Of a stretch of 64,000 nucleotides of DNA, positions 9,748 to 19,094 are shown piece by piece. Origin of the DNA: Candidatus Uhrbacteria bacterium (GTDB lineage: Bacteria; Patescibacteriota; Patescibacteriia; JACQRZ01); contig JACQSC010000004.1 of NCBI GenBank assembly GCA_016206155.1, positions 147,591 to 211,590 on the forward strand, read 5' to 3'. The notes under the pieces are model-generated. The model did no database searches and had not been told where the DNA came from. It saw nothing but the letters and a program-made list of their open reading frames with translations. The first letter of the stretch is position 1. Every line of letters starts with the position of its first letter. A program made the position numbers and the translations under genes.

Positions 9748-9768
9748 CAGGGGTTAGGGGTTAGGCCC
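9748..9768 (+). repeat. Telomere-like heptamer tandem GGGGTTA x2 (C-rich on the rpsP coding strand), directly upstream of the rpsP start codon.
   Basis: CAGGGGTTAGGGGTTAGGCCC. On the minus strand it reads CCTAACCCCTAACCCCTG-N3-ATG. Confidence 0.6.
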
Positions 9769-12363
9769 TTATAATACCATCGAGGTTTCGAATGTCAAGG
9801 CTTAAGGAATGGGAGACCCCCCCCTCACCCATCGTGATTCCATACAGCACATGACCAATGTGTATGGTTACGCGATTATGGGTAATGAGGATAAACTGGG
9901 TTTGCGTCGAAAGGTCATTAATAATTGAGGCGAATCGATTAGCGTTTGACTCATCGAGCGCCGCGTCAACCTCATCGAGCACGACAAAGGGAGAGGGATT
10001 CTGCGCTAAGATGGCGCAGAGAAGCGCAATGGCGGTCAACGCCTTCTCTCCTCCGGAAAGAAAACTGAGCGATTTGAATCGCTTGCCTGGAGGAGTTGCC
10101 TCGATTTCAATGCCAGCAATAGCGTCCTCACTGCCGCTCGCGTCATCCTCGCTCCCTGTTTCTTCATCGGCATCGGCCGCTTCCTTTTTTATCTCTCTGC
10201 GCAAAACCATGAGCCGAGCGGCGCCACCGCCAAAAAGCTGTTGAAAATACTGGCCAAATTTTATGCTAATACCTTCAATGTTTTTCTGAAAGAGCTCATG
10301 AATAATGGCATCGAGTTCTTCGATGGCTTTCTCGAGCGACCCCTTCGCCTGCGTGAGATCGGCAACCTGCGCTGTCAAAAATTCATACCGCCGCTTTGCT
10401 TCTTCGTGTTCTGCCATGGCGTCAGCATCAATCGTTCCAATCTGCTCAAGCTTGCGGCGCAGTCGTTCTGCATTCGCACGCGCTTCGTCCCGATCAAATG
10501 AGGGAACGTCGGCAAGGAATCCCAATTTCGAATATACCGTCTCGATACCATCATAGAGCTCGCGGCGAGCAGAGTCCTCAACACGGAGGTCATCGCACAG
10601 CTTGGCCAGCAATTCTTCTTGACGCGCTTCAAGCTTTGCAATCTCGAGGCTCACGCGAGTCAAGTCGTCGCGGAGCACATCGTGCTCTTTGGCCAAGGCT
10701 GACATTTCCTTCTGTAATGCAAGCAAAACGCGATGAACTTCTTTCTCGGACTCATAGAGCCGATCGATATCGCCCTGCGCGCGCTCAATCTTTTCTTCTA
10801 TCTCGTCGCGCTCTCGCACAAGGGCATCTTTCTCTGTCTTAGCCTGTGCGTGCTGATCGGAAGAGCTGGATAGGGAAAGATATTCAATCTCGCGAGTGGC
10901 CGTCTCTTGCTCGGCAACCGCTTTTTTCCTCTCGTCTTCCCGTAGACTCATGCGCGCGGAGAGAATCTCGCGGCGCGTCTGAATAGACCGGCGCTCATCC
11001 AGGAGCGCGACGCGCGACGCATCCACACCCGAAACGTCCGCACCCTCTTCCCGATAAGCAATAATACGCGCAAGTGCGCCTTTTAGCTTCTGAATGCGCT
11101 TGCCAATGGCATCGAGCATTTTTCGCAAGTTTGCAAGCGGCACATCCGGGGATGTCGCATCGCGGTGAAGTTGTTCGATTTCTTCAAGCGCTATGGCAGC
11201 GGAATGAACATCGGCGCCACCATCCGCCGTATGCTTGGCTATTGCATCAAGCTGCGCGCCAACCTCTTGTTCTCGCGCTCCCAATGCTTCGCACTCTTTT
11301 TGCGCAACAGAAAGGTCCTCATCAATCTTTTTGATCTGGCTTTTTAGATCGTCACTCCGCTGTGACAGCCACGCAAGCTGGCCCTTGCCGGATGCAATAA
11401 GCTCTGTTTGGAGTCGAGATTCAACAACAGAAAGACGAGTAAGAATTCGCTGTCGTTCATTCTGAAGCCCCGCAAGCACTCCAGAGAGTTCCTGATATGG
11501 CGAATGGTCGTCCGTGCGGATTGCGGCTTCATTTCGAATGAATTCTTGTTCGTGTTCCAGCTGTTTTTGCGCCAAAGCGGCAATCTTGTCTGAAATCGCA
11601 TCGCGCTCCTTACAGTACTCCGCCCTCGCAAATGCACTGTCGTTCCAGAGGGCATTGAGATACTGCTTTTGAACGGCGATATATTCTCGCTCGACTTCTT
11701 CGCGCTCTTCGAGGCGCTTAAGCTGACGGGCAAAAAACTTCATGCGCGGCTCAAGTTCTGAGAGTACCGTTGCGGCGTGAACGAGATTTTCATTTGTGCC
11801 CTTTAGCTTCGAAGATGCCGAGTCCCTCTTTATCTGATACTGGCGCACACCAACCGCTTCATTAAAAAATTCTTTCCGTTCGGCTGGAGCTGTCTGAAGA
11901 ATGGCATCAACCATCCCCTGACCAACTACGCTATAGCTGCGCTGGCCGATATGAGCCTGAGCCAACATGAGCGCAATATCAGAAAGGCGAACCTTATTTT
12001 TGTTCAAAAGGTACTCTGATGCGCCGTCACGATACAGCCGGCGCGTAATGACAACCTCGGCGTAGTCGACGGGAAAGGAGCGGTCATTATTGTTAAGGGT
12101 TAGCGACACCTCGCAGAATCCTTTTTGCGCTTTTTGTGTTGAACCAAAAAAAATTACATCCTCTGCGCGCTTGCTGCGCAAAAGCTTGAGACTCTGCTCC
12201 CCAAGCACCCACCGAATACTTTCTGCTATATTGCTTTTTCCTGATCCGTTCGGCCCGATCACGGCAGTGATGCCATAATGGTCACCTTCATGGCCGGGAA
12301 ACGAGAAGGTTGTTTTTTCCGAAAAAGATTTAAAACCCTGAATCTCTAATTTTTGTAAAAACA
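9761..12363 (-). CDS. smc: Chromosome segregation protein SMC (short form, about 867 aa from the MFLQKLEIQGFKSF start).
   Basis: N-terminal Walker A GPNGSGKSN, coiled-coil middle, and C-terminal LSGGEKALTAIALL...VLDEVDAALDE signature plus Walker B. Numerous antisense ORFs in the track are spurious. Confidence 0.85.
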
Positions 12364-12562
12364 TAGGTATGTCATCCCCGACACCGCGAGGATCCGGCAA
12401 ACAAATATACCGTACTGTATCATGACGTGGAATGAAAAACAATATGAAAAAGTGTAGGTCCTCGTGCGTATTGTATACGGCACACACGAGGAAAAGTTGG
12501 CTGCCGCTACCAAATATATGTAAACGATCGGCGACCCTCCATTGTCGTCTCTCGGTCGTTCG

Positions 12563-14899
12563 CTAGTTAGCTACAAGCCAGGGTTCACCATTGCGGATAA
12601 CAAACTGTTCGTCGACATCCCATGCGGCATACTTGCTGTCGTCCCACTGCTTGGGATCGTAGTCATAGGCATTGTAAATCGAACTCCACCACCCCACATA
12701 CGTGGCCAGCTTCCCTTTTCCGACCACGCGGACCCGGTTTCGTTGACCCGTGTTTAGCGGATCCTGAGTCCACTTCACGGGGGAGGCATAGAGCACGTAG
12801 TTGGTAACCTTGAGATGCCTCGTTCCATCCCATTCAGTTGGCTCGTTAGTGTCCCCGCCCCTAGGACCGAGCATGTCGAGGATCTTACGCTTTTCCTTAT
12901 CAGTAAGGATGTGCGTCTTCTCCTCCTCGCGCAGCTTATCCACCCGCGCGATGAGCCGGGTATTCATCCAGTCCCAGAGCTCGAGATCGCCCTCGACTGC
13001 TTCAAGATGGTCGCGACCAGGGAAGTCTTTCCACGCATCCACGAGTTGTGGCTTGCGGGATTCAGCCGCTCCCCGGTTTATGATTAACGCGCCGTATTTG
13101 CTACCCGGCGCGAGAATTGACGGACCGTCCTTGCAACCAAGTTGCTGACAGAATGTAAGCGCCCCATCGTTCACTGCGCTCTCGTTGGGGTTGGGATCAT
13201 TTGGCGCAATCGACGGCGCCTTCGCGATCACCGCGTTCATCCATGGAAGCGCGGCCTTCGCGAACTTCCTATGGAATCCCGCCTCGGTCTTATTCCGCCA
13301 AGCAAGCTCGAGCTTTGATTCTTCGCCGTACTCCTTCTCGAACTGGGCGATCTTTACTTGCTGTGAGCTGGTCGAGTCGTTGAGATAGCACACGGCAACA
13401 TCCATTTTGCCCAATGCCCACTCTGAACCAAACGACCACCACTTCTCATCAGCTACAGGTTCCCGCCGCAATGAAGTAAGCGCCCCCATTGCTTCGATGT
13501 AGTTGAACGTTGGAGTGGACTCCCCGACCCACGTGTACTTGTTCGGAGCGAGATTTCCAAGGTCGCTCGCCTCTGGCATTGTGAACCGACTGTTGGGCGA
13601 GAGCAGTCTCGAAAGATATCTTCCTCTGTCGAAAAATATATTCGAGTACCACTTATACGCCATTGTCGGAATTCCTGCGCCAACGCCGTTCCATGCCAGA
13701 GAACGCGCCCCCTCGTTATAGGGAGTAAAGCGCGATCCTGCGAGTAGGTCTTTGAGGAATATCTTCAACCTGGATTGTGGAAGAAGCATACCCCACTCCC
13801 ACTGAACAAGCGTACGTACGCTCGCCCAATGGGCGGCTTTTTCCTCATAGTTCATTGCTAGGCTTGCATCGGTGAGGTCTTTGATTGCCCAATGAGAGCC
13901 GCCGAGTACCGACGCGACGCCAATGATGCCACGATTATTCCCCTCGTATTCCTTTGGATCCTCGAGCATCGCCCTCCATACCTTCAGGCATCCAGCGCTG
14001 TGGCAGACATCCACCCACGATTCTCCAGCGACTCCGCATGGAGTTCGATTGTTGTTGTAATCATTTGCCGCAACTCCTGGTGCAGGTCCGCTATCCCACG
14101 GAGCAGGTACGTACGCGCGCACCCTTTCATTTAGCGCCGCCATGTTCGGCGAACTGGACCTGTTGTAGTCGACCCAGTTTTGGAATGAGTCTCTCGGATC
14201 ATCCGAGTTTCCGGCACCACGGTGCACATACACCGTCACCTTCGCTGGATACTCGGTATCCAGCGTAAGTTTACCGGCCCTTGGCGACGTATAGCCACCC
14301 CACTCGAGTTTTTTCTCCGGAATAGGAATTGCCGGACATCCGGACAACCACTGAACGCGATACTGCGTTTGTGGCATGTCGCCACCAAGCGGAACGTCCA
14401 TGAACGATGGAAGCCTCTCCTTTCCGGCGACTCGGAATGTCCCCGCCGTCGGAAGCGAGGCAGAAACCTCCGTGCTCGCTGGAAGGTCGGCGACAAGTTC
14501 CGTCTGACCGAATTGGTCATCCCTGACCTTGAAGAGCCGCAGTCCTTCCGTGGACTGCGGATGGATGGCGACGGTTCCGGCCCTATCGACCGAAAACTGA
14601 ATCGCCGACTCGAGTGCGGGATCACCAACGCGAACGTCGGTAATCGCCATGCTCGGATCCTGCGTGACCACTGGCACTTGTTCCGATGATGTCGCCACTG
14701 ACGACCCATCTGGTACTGGGGTTGGGGTTGACTTTATTTTTGCTTCTTGAACGGGAGCCGCCGTTACCATCGACGACGGAACTTTCGTATCCTCCTTTTT
14801 CTCCGGCGCGCTTGGCGCCGATGCCGCCGTCGTCGCTGGCTTGCCGAAGCAGCCGACCACGATCGTACCTACCAATACCAACGATACTACTGTGCGCAT
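12563..14899 (-). CDS. Large secreted lipoprotein of unknown function, with a compositionally GC-rich gene.
   Basis: Lipoprotein-type signal MRTVVSLVLVGTIVVGC (lipobox VVGC). Long ORF with no recognisable catalytic motif. GC is visibly higher than in neighbouring genes. Confidence 0.55.
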   Translation of the reverse strand: MRTVVSLVLVGTIVVGCFGKPATTAASAPSAPEKKEDTKVPSSMVTAAPVQEAKIKSTPTPVPDGSSVATSSEQVPVVTQDPSMAITDVRVGDPALESAIQFSVDRAGTVAIHPQSTEGLRLFKVRDDQFGQTELVADLPASTEVSASLPTAGTFRVAGKERLPSFMDVPLGGDMPQTQYRVQWLSGCPAIPIPEKKLEWGGYTSPRAGKLTLDTEYPAKVTVYVHRGAGNSDDPRDSFQNWVDYNRSSSPNMAALNERVRAYVPAPWDSGPAPGVAANDYNNNRTPCGVAGESWVDVCHSAGCLKVWRAMLEDPKEYEGNNRGIIGVASVLGGSHWAIKDLTDASLAMNYEEKAAHWASVRTLVQWEWGMLLPQSRLKIFLKDLLAGSRFTPYNEGARSLAWNGVGAGIPTMAYKWYSNIFFDRGRYLSRLLSPNSRFTMPEASDLGNLAPNKYTWVGESTPTFNYIEAMGALTSLRREPVADEKWWSFGSEWALGKMDVAVCYLNDSTSSQQVKIAQFEKEYGEESKLELAWRNKTEAGFHRKFAKAALPWMNAVIAKAPSIAPNDPNPNESAVNDGALTFCQQLGCKDGPSILAPGSKYGALIINRGAAESRKPQLVDAWKDFPGRDHLEAVEGDLELWDWMNTRLIARVDKLREEEKTHILTDKEKRKILDMLGPRGGDTNEPTEWDGTRHLKVTNYVLYASPVKWTQDPLNTGQRNRVRVVGKGKLATYVGWWSSIYNAYDYDPKQWDDSKYAAWDVDEQFVIRNGEPWLVAN

Positions 14900-14956
14900 T
14901 GCGCACTCCTTTCTTGTCAAAGATCTGCTAGACGACCATTCTAGTATACAGCGCGC

Positions 14957-15802
14957 TTAAATGATTTGGAATGGTCCCCAAGAACCAATCTCGAAAATAA
15001 CTCCAAGAGCGTACATGTAGATCGCCCACAAAATAAGATTGATGATAAAAAAATGCCGAGAAAGAAAAACAATTGATTGGAAAAAATATGTTTTCTTTGT
15101 CGCTCCCTCATAGTGCATGCTTTTGCAAATCAGTAGCGCGCATGTAAATGCATATGCCCCGAAAATCAGAGCGCATAAGACGGCAAAGAAAGTGTCCGCA
15201 AAAACCATAAACACATATGTTGCAAACGGAAGAATTGGTAATTCTAGAAAAAATAAAGCCTCGCTGCTAACCAGCGAACCGAAAACAACGACCAGTGAAA
15301 TCGCAATGGCGCCAATGCAACCAATGAGTGACTTGTTTTCTCTTACGGTTTCTATAGCTTTGAAAAAAAGAGTTCGACCACGATAACGGCAAAGCGCCGC
15401 AATCGTTCCCGAAAGTATCCAATAGCAAAAAAATGCCGTGGCGCTTGCTACGACCAAGGAAAACAGATTCGTTGGAGCAAATAACAGGTACTGATTGTCA
15501 ACAAGCGTCTGATTATATAATATAGTAGGAATAATACCAAAACCCACAACCAATAAAAGCCCGTGACCGGCTGTAAAAAGCGTGAAAAGCGCATTGGGCA
15601 TTGCCCATTTTTTTTGATTGAGGAAGGAAAATACAAAAAAGAGGGAGAGGGCAAATACGGCGAAGCAAAGAATTATCAGCCTTTGATAATTTTCTGATAT
15701 ATTTTCAAACCATAAGCCAACAGCTGCCGCGACAAGTCCAACAAGAAATAATCCGACATATGCTGCCCAGTGAACGAAGCGAATTTGAAACAATTGCTGC
15801 AT
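14957..15802 (-). CDS. Polytopic integral membrane protein, hypothetical.
   Basis: 281 aa with at least 7 hydrophobic helices. AT-rich. No family was recognised. Confidence 0.5.
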   Translation of the reverse strand: MQQLFQIRFVHWAAYVGLFLVGLVAAAVGLWFENISENYQRLIILCFAVFALSLFFVFSFLNQKKWAMPNALFTLFTAGHGLLLVVGFGIIPTILYNQTLVDNQYLLFAPTNLFSLVVASATAFFCYWILSGTIAALCRYRGRTLFFKAIETVRENKSLIGCIGAIAISLVVVFGSLVSSEALFFLELPILPFATYVFMVFADTFFAVLCALIFGAYAFTCALLICKSMHYEGATKKTYFFQSIVFLSRHFFIINLILWAIYMYALGVIFEIGSWGPFQII

Positions 15803-15825
15803 AGATTTCTTCTCATGATATGGAT

Positions 15826-15837
15826 ATAGTATACTAT
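15826..15837. promoter_or_regulatory. Perfect 12-bp palindrome ATAGTATACTAT in the divergent intergenic region.
   Basis: Seen in sequence between the membrane-protein gene and the PRTase gene. Confidence 0.25.
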
Positions 15838-15921
15838 ACTTATAGACGTCACACTATAAACTAACACTCCATAAATGAACCATCACGCGATCTTCTCGGG
15901 CTTCCCAAGAAAAAGCACTCA

Positions 15922-15951
15922 CTGTATCTACGGATACAGCTCGTATTTTTT
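15922..15951 (+). terminator. Leader hairpin CTGTATC-tacg-GATACAG followed by TTTTTTCTTG, upstream of the PRTase/prs genes. Possible attenuator.
   Basis: Terminator-like structure in a 5' leader with no upstream plus-strand gene. Confidence 0.3.
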
Positions 15952-16023
15952 CTTGCTCCAGCCCTTCGCATCTCATCGTGCTGGTTCATTTCTAAGTGCC
16001 ATTTCATAGAGTGACGCCTATAT

Positions 16024-16701
16024 ATGCCGTTTAAAAATCGTGAAGAGGCTGGAATGCGCCTGGCGGAAAAACTTCTCGCATACAAAGATAATCCGTATGT
16101 CACCGTTATCGCGCTGCCGCGCGGTGGCGTGGTATTGGGTCGCAAGATAGCTGACGCGCTTCACGCGCCGCTCGACATTGTCGTCCCAAGAAAATTGGGC
16201 GCTCCGGACAATGAAGAGTATGCCATCGGTGCGCTCACAGAGGACGGGGGTGTGGTGTGGAACGAACTCGAAAAAAAACGCTATGGCGATGAAATACTCG
16301 CAATAATAGTGAAGCGTGAACGAAAGGAAGCGCTGCGCCGGCTTTCGATCTATCGAAAGGGATTGCCGTCCCGCGTTCTCAAAAATAAAATCGTCGTCCT
16401 TGTTGATGACGGCGTTGCAACAGGCTACACAATTCGCTCGGCGATAAAAACGATTGAAATCGAACAACCTGAAAAAATCATCGCTGCGCTTCCGGGGGGT
16501 CCCGAAGATACCATCAGTCTTCTCAAGAAAGAGGTGGATGAGGTTATCGTCCTTGAGATTCCTCAATTCTTTGCCGCGGTTGGGCAACTCTATGAGGACT
16601 TTCCACAAGTAACGGATTCACAAGTCATTGCGCTATTGGGGAAATGGGGTCTGGCTCAATTTCCGAAGGAATTTGTGCCTGACCCCATTTCCCCGTTATA
16701 A
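16024..16701 (+). CDS. Phosphoribosyltransferase-domain protein (COG1926-like). The C-terminal 17 aa are encoded by a dispersed repeat copy.
   Basis: PRTase core VLVDDGVATGYTIRSAI (PRPP-binding motif). The C-terminus ...KWGLAQFPKEFVPDPISPL derives from the repeat at 16642-16690. Confidence 0.7.
   Translation: MPFKNREEAGMRLAEKLLAYKDNPYVTVIALPRGGVVLGRKIADALHAPLDIVVPRKLGAPDNEEYAIGALTEDGGVVWNELEKKRYGDEILAIIVKRERKEALRRLSIYRKGLPSRVLKNKIVVLVDDGVATGYTIRSAIKTIEIEQPEKIIAALPGGPEDTISLLKKEVDEVIVLEIPQFFAAVGQLYEDFPQVTDSQVIALLGKWGLAQFPKEFVPDPISPL
16642..16690 (+). repeat. Copy 3 of the dispersed ~50-nt palindromic element, forming the 3' end of the PRTase CDS.
   Basis: AAATGGGGTCTGGCTCAATTTCCGAAGGAATTTGTGCCTGACCCCATTT. 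Confidence 0.85.
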
Positions 16702-16706
16702 CCCCT

Positions 16707-17612
16707 ATGAACGTATACACCTTACCCAACCCGCGCCCGCTCGAAATCAGCATCGCAAAAAAACTGGACAAAGCATTCGCGCGCAACACTGAATGGCGGC
16801 AATTCACCAACGGTGAATGGTTTCTCCGCATTACCAAAACCGCATCGAGTGTTATCGTCCTCGGACGCACAGAGCCACCGGCCGACAATCTCCTCCAAAC
16901 GCTCTTGCTTCTTGATACCCTCAAGAGAAACGGCGCAAAAAAAATCATACTCGTTGTGCCGTACTTCGGATACGGTCGCCAGGATCGTGTCGTGCGCAAT
17001 GGCGACCATCTCCCCGCCGATCTTTTTCTCACCCTATTCAAAACATGCGGGGCAAATCGTGTCATTACCGTTGATATTCATAGCCAAGCGACAAAAAAAA
17101 GCTCGTCACTTCCATTATATACCGTGGACTTCATGCCCGCTGTTGCCTCGTTCATGAAAAAAGAATCTTTTACAAAAGACGCCTTCACCATCGTCTCTCC
17201 CGATCATGGAGGTCGGCGACGGGCAGATCAACTGCGCGATCTTCTCAGCCCATCCTCCTCAGTCTGTTGGCTAAAAAAAATCCGTGACCCCAAAACAGGG
17301 GCTGTTCATTCTCGCGAACTCTTTGGCATGAAAAGAGGAACAACCGCACTCATTGTTGATGATATTCTTGATACCGGCGGCACCATTGCGCAAGCGGTTG
17401 GCGTACTAAAAAAACACGGCTTTACTACCTTTTATCTTGCCTCCACCCATCCGATTTTTTCCGCGCGCGCAACACAAACCATTCGCGCCCTTCGTTTCAA
17501 AAAAATAGTTACCTCAAACACTCTGCCGCTTTTATCAAGCACACAAAAAACCCTGCCGATCGTTGTGATCGATATCGCGCAGGAACTCACCGGCGCGATA
17601 ATGAACCGATGA
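16707..17612 (+). CDS. prs: Ribose-phosphate pyrophosphokinase (PRPP synthetase).
   Basis: PYFGYGRQDR, the DIHS block, and the PRTase-type C-terminal motif LIVDDILDTGGT. Confidence 0.85.
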   Translation: MNVYTLPNPRPLEISIAKKLDKAFARNTEWRQFTNGEWFLRITKTASSVIVLGRTEPPADNLLQTLLLLDTLKRNGAKKIILVVPYFGYGRQDRVVRNGDHLPADLFLTLFKTCGANRVITVDIHSQATKKSSSLPLYTVDFMPAVASFMKKESFTKDAFTIVSPDHGGRRRADQLRDLLSPSSSVCWLKKIRDPKTGAVHSRELFGMKRGTTALIVDDILDTGGTIAQAVGVLKKHGFTTFYLASTHPIFSARATQTIRALRFKKIVTSNTLPLLSSTQKTLPIVVIDIAQELTGAIMNR

Positions 17613-17614
17613 AG

Positions 17615-17660
17615 TGGTGTCAGGTACAAATTCCTTCCGGAAATTGAGCCAGGCACCATT
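17615..17660 (-). repeat. Copy 4 (degenerate, opposite orientation) of the dispersed palindromic element, between prs and the plsC-HAD gene.
   Basis: GGTGTCAGGTACAAATTCCTTCCGGAAATTGAGCCAGGCACCATTT. Confidence 0.6.
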
Positions 17661-19094
17661 TCACTTCTCGTGAATAATGCGCATTCCCAAGTTCTTACAG
17701 CGCGCACCGAATGATTTTTTTGGATTGACCAGAGCCGCATGTCCGACGCCCCTCAACATGGCATAGTCGTGATAGGAGTCGCCATACGCATAACTTTTAG
17801 AAAGATCAAGGTTGTGTTTTTTTGCCAGCTCTATCATTTTCTCTCGTTTGTATTCATCTTTCATCAGATGGCCTACCACCTCGCCGGTAAATACTCCTTT
17901 TTCCTTTTCAAGTATGGTTCCAAAACATGGAACGCCAAGCAGTTTTGAAATCGGATCGAGAATCTCTTGGGGCTCCTCACTTATGATGAACACCGCGTTT
18001 CCTTTTTCTTGATGGGAGCGGACGAGCTCAAGCATCTGAGGATAAAACAGCTCTTTTTTGTGTTTTTTCAGGTATCCATAAAATCCACTTAAAAATTCAG
18101 TAGCGCGAATGCCTTTCAACATTCGAATGGCGGCGAGATAAAAGTACCCGTGTTTAAGCAGCATTCGCTTTACGAGCAGACGAGGAATTTTCTGGAAATT
18201 ACCCGCGCTGACGTGCGCCATGAGATATCGCACAACCAATTTTTGATAGATATTTGAGCGCGTCAGCGTGTCGTCAAGATCAAAAAACGCAGCCCTCTTT
18301 CCGTGAGGAATGTGGGGAATACTCTGCTCTGAAAAATATGACTTGGGAAGGTGCTTTTTTATTCTTCTCTCCAAATACACCACATCCTCCAAAACATTTG
18401 AAGAAACATCCCACAGCGCAACCGGGGGCATAATCGTTGCCTCGAGGTGAACCGGATGAATCGTCACATGGTGGGTTGGAAAAAACGTATCGACATGCGC
18501 CAAGGTAATGGGGACAACCGGCGCACACGCCTCAAGCGCGATTTTAGCAACCCCGAGGTGAAAAGGGAGAAGCCGTTTTTTAAACTCGCGGCGCCCTTCG
18601 GGAAAAATAAGAAGCGACGTTCCACTTTTAAGCGTCGTGACACATGCGGCGATAGCTTGCTCGGCATGAATCGTTTCCTCGTACCTCAGCTCCTCGAACA
18701 CATCGCGCGAAACGCTAATGCACCCCATATGCGCAAACCATCGCCGAATGATGGGGGGGAACTCATCAAAAGGCGCCGTTATGGCGGCAAAGGGTCGGCG
18801 AACAATATGTAAAATGACGAGTGGGTCAAGATAGCTCTGGTGGTTTGCGGCAAACACGACCGGACACTCCGGTATCTTTTCGCACCCCGTAACCTTGATT
18901 CGAACACGAACGAGAAAAAACAGCGTATCAATTAAATGAAGAGAGAGCTTTCGCCACGCCTCAATATTTTGTGCGCGTTTACTGTCTCCAAACCGTATGT
19001 GTCCGTACAGAAAAAAAAGATAGAGTAGCGCCAAAAAAATCGTGTAAAAATACACGCTATAGATAACGCACTTAAGCTGGTGTGTCGCTCTCTT
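17661..19094 (-). CDS. Fusion protein: N-terminal 1-acyl-sn-glycerol-3-phosphate acyltransferase (PlsC) domain plus C-terminal HAD-superfamily (subfamily IB-like) hydrolase domain.
   Basis: Acyltransferase motifs NHQSYLD (HX4D) and FPEGRR, then the HAD motif I FFDLDDTLT. The track ORF start extends upstream, and its first codons overlap the cyclase gene. Confidence 0.7.
   Translation of the reverse strand, partial: KRATHQLKCVIYSVYFYTIFLALLYLFFLYGHIRFGDSKRAQNIEAWRKLSLHLIDTLFFLVRVRIKVTGCEKIPECPVVFAANHQSYLDPLVILHIVRRPFAAITAPFDEFPPIIRRWFAHMGCISVSRDVFEELRYEETIHAEQAIAACVTTLKSGTSLLIFPEGRREFKKRLLPFHLGVAKIALEACAPVVPITLAHVDTFFPTHHVTIHPVHLEATIMPPVALWDVSSNVLEDVVYLERRIKKHLPKSYFSEQSIPHIPHGKRAAFFDLDDTLTRSNIYQKLVVRYLMAHVSAGNFQKIPRLLVKRMLLKHGYFYLAAIRMLKGIRATEFLSGFYGYLKKHKKELFYPQMLELVRSHQEKGNAVFIISEEPQEILDPISKLLGVPCFGTILEKEKGVFTGEVVGHLMKDEYKREKMIELAKKHNLDLSKSYAYGDSYHDYAMLRGVGHAALVNPKKSFGARCKNLGMRIIHEK

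Noticed and set aside
9858-12278. Multiple 60-150-aa plus-strand ORFs inside smc, and similar ones inside the 12563-14920 gene
   Set aside because: They are antisense to long, motif-supported genes. They arise from GC-rich codon-poor frames.
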